DNA of 64,000 bases from Vicugna vicugna (GCA_013265495.1 MU058475.1:372001-436000); one strand, 5' to 3'. Counted from the stretch's first letter, positions 50,723 to 64,000 are shown. Numbers and translations: made by a program. The notes: generated by a model not told the origin, from the letters alone.

Positions 50723-51275
50723 TCTCTTGAGTCCTAATTCTTTGTATATTTCTAGCTCTTTCTCTTTAGGACAATCATTTTCTACCTCTTGTTACAGTCT
50801 TTCACTTTGTGGGATATCTTCTTTTTTTAAATTTGGACAGGTAAAAAAGGTTTTTTTTAAAATTATGTACTCAATCCTTTTGGTGTATTTCAAAAGGCAC
50901 ATTACTTTTCTTCATTTAGGAGTGAAAGAAGTTAGAAATTAACTTCAAAAAGAAATCAGCAAACGGCAAACAAATTTCCTTCAAAGTCACAATCACATAT
51001 ACAGCGCATCCTAGAAAAGCAGGTGGGCAAGCAGGTCCCATCCACTGTCATGAGTTTCATCGAATCTCAAGGGTGGCGAGAAAGGCAACTTTCAAAAAGG
51101 AGTGTATTATTACATAAGGCGTTTACTACACGCCTTCCTAAGAGCAGCAGGTGGGGAACATGTTTTCTAGACTAGCTCTAGGAAGTGGAATGTCTTTCAT
51201 TCATTTCCTCTCTCTTACCAGCACTTCCTTTGCGCCCCTCTGCTCCTCTCTCTTGCCCCCCTCCTGTCAGGTAGT

Positions 51276-51815
51276 TGTTGGGTAAGCGGGGGCACCGGGC
51301 AGGTAAGGTGGAGGACAGGGAGGATGCTCCCAAAGACGGCGGTATGCCTGCCTTCAGCATAAAAGAGCTCCACTTCCTCTAAATGAGTGCCAGCAAGAAA
51401 CTGGTTAGACTCTGACAGCCACAGCTTCACAGTAGTGACAAGGACCTAACCCAGCATGACCCAGTGCTCACTGTAATATAATTAACAGTGCATTTTAGCC
51501 CCCTGTCTCATGGGATTTTCTGTGTGCGTCATGGGTAAGGACATGTGCAAAAAGGGACCAGCGTGACTAAGAACTCCAGGGGCGAGAGCCATCCATCAAC
51601 CAAGAGCCCACCTCTAAGCGAGGATGTAAGAGAAGGGGGCAAACAAAGACCATTGCTCTCTGCCCTGGGATCAGCCTCCTCCTGTTCCTGGAGGTGTGCT
51701 TTCCCTTTGCTAATAAAAACCTGTAAAATCTTTTGCTACGAAACACCTCTGAATTCTCCCGTCTGAATTCTTATCTTTCGGGTAAGACAAGAACTGGGTC
51801 TTCTCCCTTCCCCTT
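51276..51815 (+). mobile_element. Probable ERV LTR, boundaries uncertain
   Basis: ggaggtgtgctttcc...AATAAA...gtctgaattctt...gacaagaactggg parallels the R/U5 of the 24794-25441 LTR. Confidence 0.5.
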
Positions 51816-53509
51816 TTGGGAAGTGGGAACACGCCCACTGCCTATGCTGTTAGATCCAGGGTAGTGTTAGAGGAAAGGACATCAGAGCTGCCTTCCACCT
51901 TGATCTCATTTTCCTCACTTCTGCAGACACATGAGCCTACAGAACCTCCCACAGTTTCCGCTGGATCCTTCCTGAAAGACACATGGCAGCAGGTATAAGG
52001 GGACGGGTATGGAGGTGGGTGGGTAGGATGACATCTTATTAAAGTCCGGAACTGGCATCATCCAGCCACAGGAGAGATTTTTATTGTCTGGCTGTAAACC
52101 ACCCACTGGAATTTTGTGGCAGGTGGATTTTGCGCATCAGAGTGATGAGCTCACACAGGTTTATTGACTTCTGAACCATGCATCCCCATGACACATTCTT
52201 CAAGCAGAATGTGCGCAATAAGGCAAGAGGGAAAGAAGAGGGAAGGGAGAAATCAAGATTTTGATGTGGCTTTAAAACCTTGGGCCAGGGCAAGATTGCT
52301 GCTGTGCAGATAGATCCATTTTTCCACCTCACATCTCATTCCAGATCATAACCTAAGTCGATTCGCTATGTATTTTTTTCACACATCCCTGCACTTTTCT
52401 CTTGCTGGTAGAAAAATAAATAAATAGCACAGAATCCAACTGCAGTGCGGTTCATTAAAACGATTTTAAAAATCACTTAAGCAGTTAGCCAACAAGAGAG
52501 CTTTTGAGTTAAAGGCATGCCTGAGCAATTTATAAGTTGGCAAGGTCTTGATTGCATTAATTAATCAGGAGGTAACTGTTGTGGCAGCCAGCCCTGGCTT
52601 AGATGATTGCTGCTGTCGTTTGAAACCAGTGACGGTTCGCTCTGAGATTCAGACGTGGTGGATTGTCTTGGTTAGAGACCCACCCTGCCCATTAGCCTAA
52701 GGGGCTCCTGGAAGTGGGCACGGAATCCACCCAGGGTAGAGCAGAGTGGTCCATGAACGCAGCAAGTTATCAACAGAGCAGGACAGGGCTCAGGGTCCAC
52801 AGAGCAGAAAGGGCAGGATAGAGAAGAGGCCACGGACGGAAGGGGAGAAGGAAAGGCTACAGCCGAGGTGGCTGCCATTTGTATGAACACCTGGGACTCT
52901 CCATACGCCCTCCCGATCACAGGTCTCAAAGGTGCCAAAGAGGAACTACTGACTTCCCCTTTCACAGGTGAGGAAGCTAATCTTCCGAGCAGCCAAGAAG
53001 CACGAACCTCACGCCAGCTGCTCCGTGTCTTTCCTCCTGTGATCACCGCAGCCCCCTTTGACGGCCTTTACAGATGGGAACGTGGAACAACTTGGGAGTT
53101 TTTGAAGAACTTGCCTAGGATCAAAGAGCCAGACAATGGCAGAGCGTGGCTGAGCACATCTGCACACCACCACCACCACCATACAGTCCTCCTTGCTTTC
53201 CTGGGAAACAAGTCTCAGCCCTGATTTATAGCCACAAAATTCGTGCTCAAGACCAGGCTTCTGTCAGTGGCTTTCCAGAGGCTTACCTGTGCTGAAGAAT
53301 CTTGATGCTGATAAAGTTAAGTTTAAATTCCCCGTTGAGACCTTTCTCTCCCTTTGGCTTTGGGAGAGTCCCTTACCTTCCCTGAGCTTCCGCTTCCTCC
53401 AGGAACTGCGGTCCTTGCAGACTGCGTTGGGAGGTGAGGGGTGTGACAGGGAGAGCGTCTAGCTGGTAACAGGCTCTTAACCAAGGGCGTATTTTATTAT
53501 TATAACTAG

Positions 53510-53898
53510 TGTTATGGGCTGGATTGTGTCCCGTCCCCCAAATTCTTATGTCAAAGCCCTAACCCCCAGTACCTCAGACTGCGACTGTATTTGGAAATAG
53601 GGCCTTTGCAAAAGTAATTAAGCTAACGTGAGATCTTTAGGGTGAGCCCTAACCCAGTGTGACTGGTGTCCTTATAAGAATCAGAGATTAGGACCCGGAC
53701 AAGCACAGAGGAAAGAGCACGTGAAGACACGGGGAGAAGTCAGCCACGGACAAGCCAGGGAGAGCGGCCTCAGAAGGAACCACCCCCGCCAACACCTTGA
53801 TCTTGGACTTCCAGCCTCCAGAACCATGGAGCCACCTTGCAGGTTGAAGCCACCTTGTCTGTAGTGCCTTGTCATGGCAGCCCCAGCAAACTCACACA
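53510..53898 (+). mobile_element. MLT1B MaLR solo LTR
   Basis: TG...CA ends with perfect 5-bp TSD actag; ccctaacccccagtacctcaga, caccttgatcttggacttccagcctccagaac. Confidence 0.95.
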
Positions 53899-54729
53899 AC
53901 TAGCAGCACAGAAGTAGAGAAGTCATCCAGTTTCCCCAACATCTTTTCGGTCTTCACCTCCGTAGGTCGATGCCTCCAGGGCAGCATGCTAGGGCAGCTT
54001 CCCCACCCCAGCTCCTCTCTAGCCCCTCCTCCTGGTGATTCTCTCTGGATCCTTTGTGCTGGATCTCATGTTGTCCACGAGAGCACAGGTTCCGTGAAGG
54101 AGGACCTTGTGGGCATCTCCAGTGCCTGGCCCCAGGCAAGCATTTACCAAATAGATGGAATATGTATTAATTAGCCTCTTCAAAGTATTCAGAGAAATCG
54201 ATGTGAAATGTGACCCCACCTCTCAGAGATGTGTTTAGGATCTAGCTTCTGTTGGTAAGTCTTTCTCCTTCCTAGAAGTGAAGTACATATCACCCCCTAT
54301 TTTGTGGAATATCCATGAATAAAAGAGCTGTCACCTCTACAAAACCCGTCATCTCTTCCGGCACATCAGCATGATTGGGCCTTCACGCTTCAGTTTGTCT
54401 CCTTCTAAAAGCGCTCCAGGTGAGTCCGGGGCATCACTCGGGAGGTCATTTTCACATCCTCCTCCCCACGGCAAAGTCCAAAGGCTGCCTTCCTGTCTCG
54501 CGAGGACCAGTGAGCGGCATCCATTTGAAGTGAAATCTGAGGCAGGACAACACCCACGCAATCCTCTTTTACTTGTGAATTTCCCCTTTTTTGAAAAAAA
54601 AATACAGGAGATTGTCTGTAAGGATACAGGAAATAATATTTTAAAATGTATTATGAGTCATGTAAGTAGGAATTTCTCCTTATTTTAAGAAAAAATATAA
54701 GAAATTGTCCAGAAGGAAACAAGAAATAT

Positions 54730-54854
54730 ATTTTGGGGGAGGAGGGAGATGATTAGGTTTTTATTTAATTATTTTAATGGAGGGACTGGGGGTTGCACCC
54801 AGGACCTCGTGCGTGCAAAGCACGTGCTCTACCACTGAGCTACCCCCTCCCCAC
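54730..54854 (-). mobile_element. Camelid SINE
   Basis: SINE head; TSD caagaaatat (54720-54729 / 54855-54864). Confidence 0.92.
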
Positions 54855-55532
54855 CAAGAAATATTTTCAAGTATATTAGGCGGTCGTGTAAGTAGTGGCA
54901 GAGAGGAAACTGCTTTTCCTAACTGAAACCTAGGGTGATACCTACTTCTTCCTGAGCTCCTAAGGGTCTCGGTTTCAGGCTGATTAGTAGCTCTTGAAAC
55001 ACATGATTAACTAGAGAAAAAGTGCACAGGGCAGGTAGGCAGCAGCTCTTGCCCCAACTTTGTGCCCTGGCGCCCACGTTGCCCTCTCCTCCCTTGGTTG
55101 GCACTCACCCTTAGCACCAGAGATGCCCCGCAGTACCCAGGGGCCCTTCCACCACACGTGCCTCCCCCTGCTCCCTGAGACCTTAAAGGAAGGGGCCCTC
55201 CCTTCACACACTCACCATCGCCTCAGCGCTAAGCACACCGTAGGGTGCCATCCTTGGACTGCGGAACTGAAAAGAAAGCCGGTGTGAAAGTTACCCAGAA
55301 GGAAGAAATTGTCTGGAGCCCTTTCGGCGTGAAGGAGTTAAGGAGAGACTTAAATGCAAACTACTGGCAAATGGAAAGGAGATAAAGAAGGGATGGTGTC
55401 CAGACTCCTGTCAGGAAATGGTTAAACTGGATCACGTGGTGTCATCTGAGGTTCCTAAGGATTCCTTTATCTTATGCTTTAATATTGTGTGTCCCAGAAA
55501 GGATACTCGCAAAGAACTTTTAAACATGTGAA

Positions 55533-55939
55533 GTTTTTTTTTTAAATTGAAGTATAGTTGATTTACAATGTTGTGTTAGTTTCAGGTGTTCAGCAAAGTG
55601 ATTCAGATATATATATATATTCTTTTTCAGATTCTTTTCCATGATAGGTTATCACAAGATATTGAATACAGTTCCCTATGCTGTACAGTAAGTCCTTGTT
55701 GTTTATCTATTTTGTATATAGTAATGTATAATCTGTTAATCCCAAACTCCTAATTTATCCTTCCTTGCGTTTTCCCTTTCATAACTATAAATTTGTTTTC
55801 TATGTCTGTGAGTCTATTTCTGTTTTGTAAATAAGTCATCTGTATCATTTTTTTAGATTCCACATATAAGCGATATCATATATTTGTCTTTCTCTGTCTG
55901 ACTTACTTCACTTAGTATGATAATCTGTAGATTCATCCA
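55533..55939 (-). mobile_element. Artiodactyl-type L1 3' tail
   Basis: ttgaagtatagttgatttacaatgttgtg; TSD ttaaacatgtgaa (55520-55532 / 55940-55952). Confidence 0.92.
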
Positions 55940-55993
55940 TTAAACATGTGAAATTCTTAAAAAGACCATTTGATTTTAAGAAGGTTGATTTTT

Positions 55994-57987
55994 GGAAACA
56001 TATCTCAACATCATAAAAGCTATATATGACAAACCTACAGCCAGCATAGTACTCAACGGTGAAAAAGTCAAAAGCTTCCCACTAAAATCTGGGACAAGAC
56101 AAGGATGCTCACTATCATCACTCCTATTCAACATAGTCCTGGAAGTCCTAGCCACAGCAATCAGGCAAGAGAGAGAAATAAAAGGGATCCAAACTGGAAA
56201 AGAAGAGGTAAAAGTGTCACTATATGCCAATGACATGTTACTATATATGGAAAACCCTAAGAGGTCATATGGAAAACGAGGTCCACACAAAAACTACTAG
56301 AGCTGATTGAAGAATTCAGCAAGGTAGCAGGTTACAAGATTAATGTTCAAAAATCAGTTGCATTTCTTTACACTAACTATGAATCAAATCAATNNNNNNN
56401 NNNNNNNNNNNNNNNNNNNNNNNNNNNNNNNNNNNNNNNNNNNNNNNNNNNNNNNNNNNNNNNNNNNNNNNNNNNNNNNNNNNNNNNNNNNNNNNNNNNN
56501 NNNNNNNNNNNNNNNNNNNNNNNNNNNNNNNNNNNNNNNNNNNNNNNNNNNNNNNNNNNNNNNNNNNNNNNNNNNNNNNNNNNNNNNNNNNNNNNNNNNN
56601 NNNNNNNNNNNNNNNNNNNNNNNNNNNNNNNNNNNNNNNNNNNNNNNNNNNNNNNNNNNNNNNNNNNNNNNNNNNNNNNNNNNNNNNNNNNNNNNNNNNN
56701 NNNNNNNNNNNNNNNNNNNNNNNNNNNNNNNNNNNNNNNNNNNNNNNNNNNNNNNNNNNNNNNNNNNNNNNNNNNNNNNNNNNNNNNNNNNNNNNNNNNN
56801 NNNNNNNNNNNNNNNNNNNNNNNNNNNNNNNNNNNNNNNNNNNNNNNNNNNNNNNNNNNNNNNNNNNNNNNNNNNNNNNNNNNNNNNNNNNNNNNNNNNN
56901 NNNNNNNNNNNNNNNNNNNNNNNNNNNNNNNNNNNNNNNNNNNNNNNNNNNNNNNNNNNNNNNNNNNNNNNNNNNNNNNNNNNNNNNNNNNNNNNNNNNN
57001 NNNNNNNNNNNNNNNNNNNNNNNNNNNNNNNNNNNNNNNNNNNNNNNNNNNNNNNNNNNNNNNNNNNNNNNNNNNNNNNNNNNNNNNNNNNNNNNNNNNN
57101 NNNNNNNNNNNNNNNNNNNNNNNNNNNNNNNNNNNNNNNNNNNNNNNNNNNNNNNNNNNNNNNNNNNNNNNNNNNNNNNNNNNNNNNNNNNNNNNNNNNN
57201 NNNNNNNNNNNNNNNNNNNNNNNNNNNNNNNNNNNNNNNNNNNNNNNNNNNNNNNNNNNNNNNNNNNNNNNNNNNNNNCTACTTCAGGATGACACCTGCA
57301 CCCCAATGTTCATAGCAGCACTATTTACAATAGCCAAAACATGGAAACAGCCTAAATGTCCATCAATGGATGACTGGATAAAGAAGAAGTGGTATATTTA
57401 TACAATGGAATACTATTCAGCCATAAAAACTGATAACATAACACCATTCGCAGCAACATGGATGCTCCTGGAGAATGTCATTCTAAGTGAAGTGAGCCAG
57501 AAAGAGAAAGAAAAATACCATATGAGATTGCTCATATGTGGAATCTAAAAAACAAAAACAAGAAAAACAAAGCATAAATACAAAACAGAAATAGACTCAT
57601 AGACATAGAATACAAACTATTAGACATAGAATAACAAAACATAGAATAACAACTATTGTGGTTGCCAAGGGGGTGGAGGGTGGGAAGGGTTAGATGGGAT
57701 TTTAAAATTGTAGAATAGATAAACAAGATTATACTACAAAGCACAGGGAAATATACACAAGATCTTATGGGAGCTCACAGAGAAAAAAATGTGACAATGA
57801 ATATATATATGTGTACATGTATAACTGAAAAATTGTACTCTACACTGGAATTTGACACAACATTGTAAAATGATTATAAATCAATAAAAAATGTTAAAAA
57901 AAAGAGTACCTCTGGAGAAGCTACAATTTATTCTCGGCTATGTGTATAGATTTTGAATAAAGTATTCAATTCACAAAGGAAAGAAAA
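55994..57987 (+). mobile_element. Young 5'-truncated L1 (ORF2 RT to 3'UTR) with 3' transduction
   Basis: [51 protein letters not shown] aaggttgattttt (55981-55993 / 57988-58000). Confidence 0.95.
56394..57278. other. Assembly gap (885 N)
   Basis: Run of n. Confidence 1.
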
Positions 57988-58339
57988 AAGGTTGATTTTT
58001 TTAAACTATTATAGGATGACAAGCATAGAAAAATGCAAAGAAAAAATCTAAAAGGAAATAATCAAATTGTGAGCAGTGATGGCTTCTGGTTGATAAGACA
58101 CTAAAATTACTGCTTTTTCAAATTTTACTATACATGTCTAATCTTCTATAATGTGCTTGTGTTATTTTGTAATCTTCCAAAAATAAGCATAGAAAGGGTA
58201 TTCGTGGTCAGCTTGTTCCCAAAGGGAGTGCCTCTTTGCCTTTATTCAGACATCCTGGAGCTATCTGATTGTGATTGGAAACTGGAAATGATAGGGAGAT
58301 ACCCACTTTCTTTTTCTGCCCTTACATCCAATGCCTTAA

Positions 58340-59950
58340 AAAAAAATCCAACCCAAGATATATGTTTATTGCCATTCTGAAAGGTGCACACAACAAACAT
58401 TGTACAGCACAGTAAATCACCACAAAGCAAGCAACAGTGTAACCTGATCCAGGTCAAGAACAAGAACATTGCAGCACCCAGAATCACCCTCCATGCCTTG
58501 GTCCAATCATTGTATTCTTCCTCCAAATCTAACCACTATCCTCACTCCTAACATTATTTTTATATTTCCTATTTGTTCAACTGCATAAATAGAATGATAC
58601 AGTTTTACTCACTTCTATCTGAGTTCTTATGCCTCACCTTGCTTGTGAGATTTCCTCACCTCTCATGTAGCTGTGATTTGTTCGTTTCACTGCTGTACTA
58701 TGAATACATTTTGTGGTAGGAATATTCATCCATTCTCTTGTCTGTTCATCTACTCTATTGATGTCCATTTTGACTGTTTCCAGTTTGGGGCTATTATAAG
58801 CATAATGCTATGAACATTTCTGTGCAGTCTCTTGCTGTGACTCTGCATGCATTTCTGTTGCATATATAACTAGGGGTGGAAATGCCAGGTCAAAGCCATG
58901 CATATATTCAGCTTTTATAGATAATGATTTGTTTTCCAAAGCTGTGCTGACTTATGCTCTCACTAGCAGTCGCAGGGGTGCCTGATGCTTCCCACATCCT
59001 CATTAACATTGGTGTTATCTCTTTTTAATTTTAGGCATTTGGGAGTGTGATTAGAAGTATATTATTGTACATTTCAACTGCATTTCCTTGATTACCAGTG
59101 AGGTTGAAAATATGCTTATCTGCCATTCAGATAGTCTCTTTTGCGACTTGCCCTTTCAAGTCACCTGCTCATTTCTTTTACTAGGTAATATGTCTTTTTC
59201 TTACCAGTATATAGAAATAGTTCACATCTTTTAGATATATGCTCTTTTTTGGTTACAGAAGTATTGAAATATCTTCACATTTTGTGGCTTGCATTTTCAG
59301 TCTTTTCATGGTGTCTGCTAATGAGCAGAAGTTCTTAAATGTAATGAAATCCAATTTATCAATCTTTTCCTTCATGGCTGGTGCTTTTAGTGTCTTCAGT
59401 TTTCCCTACTGTGAATTCATGAAACGATCTTCATATGTTATTTTCTAAAAGCCTTGTTTTTTGTCTTTCACGTTTAGAGATACCATTGAAATGGAATTAA
59501 TTTTTATTTATGTTTTATGGAAGGAGTCCTCTTCCCAAATGAATATTCAGTTATCCTGGTCCCATTTATTAAAGACACTGCACTTTCCCATTCCTCTGCA
59601 GTGCCAAGATTGTCATAAATCAAGTGTCCATATGTAAGTTGGGAAGTTACTGGGTTCTCTTTTCCATCTCAATGGGCTATATGTGTATCTCTGAACCAGT
59701 ATCACACTTTCCTAAATATTATAGCCTTGTGATAAGTCTTAAACATCTGATAGAACAAGTTCGTCTACTTTGTTTTGGCCCTTTGTAATTAATCTATAAT
59801 TTTAGATTAATTATAACAAGAAGGAGCAGCAGAGCAGAGTGTAAAGATTTTGTTCAGAATCTCATTGAATTGACTAATCTGTTTGGGGAGGGTTTATATC
59901 TTGACAATATCAAACCTTCCAATCCATTAACTCTGTAATCTGTTTATTTA
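58340..59950 (-). mobile_element. Old L1 3' end and ORF2 fragment
   Basis: tgtttccagtttggggctattata, gcagaagttcttaaat, tgtcataaatcaagtgtccatatg. Confidence 0.85.
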
Positions 59951-61269
59951 GGTCCTATTTGTTTTCTTAGTTTCTCTTTCTGAGAGTTTGTTGTTAGTGT
60001 ATAGAAACACCATATATTTCTGAGTATTAATTGTGTATCCTACAACTTGACTGCATTCATTTATTAGTTCTAATAGTTTCTGGGTCACATCTTTAGGATT
60101 TTCTATCATGTCATCTACAAACTATGACAGTTTTACTTCTTTCTTTCCAGTTTGGATTTCTTTTATCTTCCTCTTATCTTGTTGCTGTGGCTAGGATTTC
60201 CAATACAATATTGAATAAAAGTGGCAAGAATTGGCATCCGTGTCCTGTTCCTGATCTTAGAGAAAGTGCTTTCAGCTTCTCACCATTAAGCATAATGCTT
60301 CCTACGTTTGTCATATATGGTCTTTATAATGTTGAGGTATGTTCCCTCCACACCCACTTTGTTGAGACTTTTTGGATGTTGAATTTTGTCAAAACCTTTT
60401 CCTGTGTCTATTGAAATTATCATGTAATGTTTATCTTTCATTCTATTAATGTGGTGTGTCTTGTTTATCGATGTGCACTGTTGAGCCATCCTTGCATCCC
60501 AGGGATGAATCCCACTTGATCATGGCGTATGATCCTTTTAATGTATGGTTGAATTCAGTTTGCTAGTGTTTTGTTGAGAATTTTTGCATCTATATTCATC
60601 AGGGACATTGCTCCGTAGTTTTCTTTTCTTGTACTGTCTTTATCTGGCGTGGTGTCAGGGTAATGCTGGCCTTGTAGAATGAACTGTTCATTCTACAAGT
60701 GTTCCCTCTTCTATTTTTTGGAAAAGTTGGAGAAGGAATGGAATTAATTCTTCTTTAAATGTTTGGTAGAATTCACCAGGAAACAAGCTGGTTCTGGACT
60801 TTTTTTGTTGGGAGCTTCTTGATTATTGATTCAATCTCTTTACTCATTTAATGGTCTGTTCAGATCTTCTATTCATGATTTAGTCTTGGTAGGTTGTATG
60901 TTTTCAGGGATATATCATTTTCATATATATTATCCAATTTTTGGCATAGAACTGTTCATAGGGGTCTCTTATGATCCGTTGTATTTCTGTGGTTCAGTTA
61001 TAAAGTCTCCTCTTTCATTTCTGATTTCATCTATTTGCATCTTTCCCCTTTTTCTTATTCTAGTTAAAGATTTGTCGATTTTGTTGATCTCTTTAAAAAA
61101 AAAACAGCTTATTTTCATTCATTTTTTTTCTATTTTTTCTTGCCTCTATTTCACTTGTTCCTGCTCCAATCTTAGTTATTTCCTTCTTTTTGCTGACTTT
61201 GTTCTAGTTTTTCTAGTGCCTTCAGGTGTAGAGTTAGGCTGTTTATTTAAGGTTGTCCTTTTAAAAACA

Positions 61270-61389
61270 TTTTTGAGGGGGTAAGGTAATTAGGTTTATT
61301 TTATTTATTTTTGGAGGAGGTACTGGGGATTGAACCCAGGACCTCATGCATGCTAAGCATGTGCTCTACCACTGAGCTATGACCTCCCG
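61270..61389 (-). mobile_element. Camelid SINE
   Basis: ggaggtactggggattgaacccaggacctcatgcatgctaagc. Confidence 0.9.
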
Positions 61390-61484
61390 CTAAGTGTTTA
61401 ATATGTGTGCTTGTGCATGCACACACACACACACCTACACACACCCTTGCAGTGCTCTGAATTTTTTTTTAATTTTTAAAAAAA

Positions 61485-61620
61485 ATTTTTTGAGGGGGGA
61501 GGTAATTTGCTTTACTTATTTATCTACTTATCTATTTATTTTTAGAGGAGGTACTAGAGATTGAACCCAGGACCTCATGCATGCTAAGCATGCACTCTAC
61601 CGCTTGAATTTTACCTCCCC
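61485..61620 (-). mobile_element. Camelid SINE
   Basis: ggaggtactagagattgaacccaggacctcatgcatgctaagc. Confidence 0.9.
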
Positions 61621-61739
61621 TCTCCTTCCTTTTTTTCAATGTAGGCATTTATTGTAATAAACTTCCCTCTTAGGACTGCTTTTGCTGCATCCCATAAATT
61701 TTGGCATGTTGTGCTTGTATTTTTGTTTGTTTCAAGATA

Positions 61740-62582
61740 CACTAGTTCCCCCTTATATGTAGATTTACTTTCCACAGTTTCAGTTACCACAGTCAAACAT
61801 GGTCTGAAAATATTAAGTGAAAAATTCCAGAAATAAATTATTCATAAGTTTTAAATTGTGTCTCATTATTAGTAGTGTGATGAAATTTTGCAATGTTCTG
61901 CTCTGTCCTGTCCGGGACAGGAATCACCCAGTTTTTCAGCATATCCCTTCTGTTAGTCACTTTGTAGCCATTTTGGTTAGCAGATTGACTGTTGCAATAT
62001 TGCAGTATTTATGTTCAAGTAACCCTTATTTTACTTAATGATGTCTCCAAAGCACAAGAGTAGTGATGCTGACAATTTGGATATAAAGAAGAGAGAAGAG
62101 AAGTCATAAAGTACTTCCTTGAAATGAAAAGGCAAAAGTTTACAACATAATAAGGAAAGAAAAACAATTGCATGCTGAGATTGCTAAGATCTATGGTAAG
62201 AATTAGTCTTCTATCATGAAATTGTGAAGAAAAAAAAAAGAAATTCATGCTAGTTTTGCTGTCATACCTAAAACTGCAGAAGTAAACTGCCACAGTGCAT
62301 GAAAACTGCTTAGTTAAAGGGAAAAGGCATTAAAGTTGTGTAAAAAGATATTTTTGAGATGGGGGAGACCACATTCACATAACTTTTAGTACATCATCTT
62401 GTTATAATTGTTTTTATTATTAGTTACTGTTGTTAACCTCTTATTGTGCCTAATTTATAAGTTAAACTTTATTATAGGTAGGAGTATAAAAAAATGAGAT
62501 ATATAAGGTTCAGTACTCTGCACAGTTTCAGGCATCTAATGGAGGTCTTGGAAATTCCCCTGTGGATAAAAGGGGAATGCTC
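61740..62582. mobile_element. MER44/Tigger7 non-autonomous DNA transposon
   Basis: TIR-like cactagttcccccttat / ataaaaggggaatgctc, TA flanks; ttccacagtttcagttacc. Confidence 0.9.
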
Positions 62583-63221
62583 TATTTTTATTTCTCTTTT
62601 GATTTCTTTTTCACCCATTGTCTATTCAAGAGTGTGCTGTTTAATTTGCACATATTACTGAATTTTCCAGTGTTCTTCCTATTACTAATTTGTACTTTCA
62701 TACCTTTGAGGTTGAAAAAGATATTTGGTATGATTTCAATTTTCTTAAAATTTCTCAGACTTGTTTTGTGACCTAGCATGTGATCTAACCTGGGGAATGT
62801 TTCATGTGCGCTTAAGAGGAGTGTTTCTGCTTCTGTTGGATGGAATGTTTTGTGTATGTCTGTTAGGTCAGTTTGATCTAAAGTATAGCTCAAGTTCAAT
62901 AATTCTGTCTGAATTGTCTGTTCATTGTTGAATGTGAGTTATTGAGGTCTCCTGCTGTAACTGTATTATTTTCTCCTTCTCCCTTCATACCTGTTATTAT
63001 TTGCTTAGTATTTTTAGGTATTCTGATGTTGACTGCATATATATTTATAATTGTTATATCCTTTTGATGGATTGACTACTTTATCATCATATAATGACCT
63101 TGTCTATCTCTTGTTACAGTTTCTGACTAATAGTCTCTTTTGTATAATATAGTATAGATACCCTTGGCTCTCTTTTGGTTCCATTTGCATGCAATATTTC
63201 CGCACCCTTTTGCTTTGTTTA

Positions 63222-63550
63222 TTTTTTTAATTGAAGTATAGTTGATTGACAACGTTGTGTTAGCTTTTGTGTACAGCATAGTGATTTAGTTTTATATATA
63301 TATTTTTTTCATCATTACCAGTTATTACAAGCTATTGAATATAGGTCCCTGTGCTATACAGAAGGACCTTGCTGTTTCTATTCTGTTTATAGTAGTTTGT
63401 ATAGTTTGTATCTGCTGATTCCAAACTCCTAATTTATCCCTCCCCATCCTTTCCCCTTTGGTAATCATAAGTTTATTTTGTATGTCTATGAGTTTGTTTT
63501 TTTGAAAATAAGTTCATTTGTGCCATTTGTTTTAGATTCCACATATAAGT
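63222..63550 (-). mobile_element. Artiodactyl-type L1 3' tail
   Basis: ttgaagtatagttgattgacaac ... tttagattccacatataagt. Confidence 0.9.
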
Positions 63551-64000
63551 TGTGAACAAAAAATACTGCAAACCCTACCAGTGAACAAAGAATGCTGAAG
63601 CCATCAAGTCATCAGCCGTTTCCATGACCTCCCCCCCCCCCCCCCCCAGTGAAGACAGGCCTGCAGCCCGGCCTCTGCAGCCACTCACATGGTGCACCCT
63701 GAGGGGACACAGAATAAGAAAGGACAGGACACTGGCCTTAGATAGCTAGGTGTTTGTCAAGGAATGATTTCAATGAGCCCAAACATTTGCTCCCTCCCAT
63801 ACATAAAAAAGTTCTAAATACTTTAACTTGAGATGTCTGGTTTTCTTCAGTTAACAAGTAATCTTTTAATGTTCCAACTACGTGTTCTTTGTTGTAAAAC
63901 TCCTATATATCCTGGCTCCTCCCCTACCTCTTCAGAGCAGTCCCTCAGAGTGATCTGAGAGGCTGTCATCCCAGACTCCAGTCTTCAGAAATGTCTGCTA
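63551..64000 (+). mobile_element. ERV1-class LTR running off the window end
   Basis: TG start; tatatat box then cctggctcctcccctacctcttcagagcagtccctcagag..tctgagaggctgtc. Confidence 0.75.

Larger units (their letters stand above)
59951..63200 (-). mobile_element. L1 ORF2 fragment (RT to endonuclease), interrupted
   Basis: Minus translations [64 protein letters not shown]. Confidence 0.92.

Noticed and set aside
56343..57548. 401-aa and 305-aa ORFs
   Set aside because: Mostly the N gap; the flanks are L1 ORF2.
1..64000. CRISPR array, operon or other novel multi-gene system
   Set aside because: No repeat-spacer periodicity or gene-dense organisation; the content is explained by mammalian repeats and non-coding DNA.

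Overview
This is mammalian genomic DNA, most likely from a camelid. The inference rests on ten tRNA-Ala-derived Vic-1-like SINEs and many short, young L1 3' tails. I find no supportable protein-coding gene, RNA gene, CRISPR array or prokaryote-type system. The only ORFs with recognisable protein content are L1 ORF1/ORF2 fossils; an ERVL gag/pro remnant is recognisable at the nucleotide level only. The first ~41 kb is GC-richer intergenic or intronic sequence with MIR, L2, MLT1, MER and LTR fossils. It also holds several repeat-free, homeobox-motif-rich blocks that look like enhancers, and one promoter-like motif cluster at ~21.4-21.9 kb. About 41.5-50 kb and 55.5-63.5 kb are AT-rich L1 tracts, and an 885-N assembly gap sits inside a young L1. 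The best-supported unusual signals are retrotransposition footprints: two TSD-bounded L1 3' transductions, an alternative L1 3' tail present twice, twin-priming inversions, nested insertions with intact TSDs, and two same-family solo LTRs in opposite orientation. Repeat family names come from my recall of consensus sequences, not from a search. Boundaries without a TSD are approximate.
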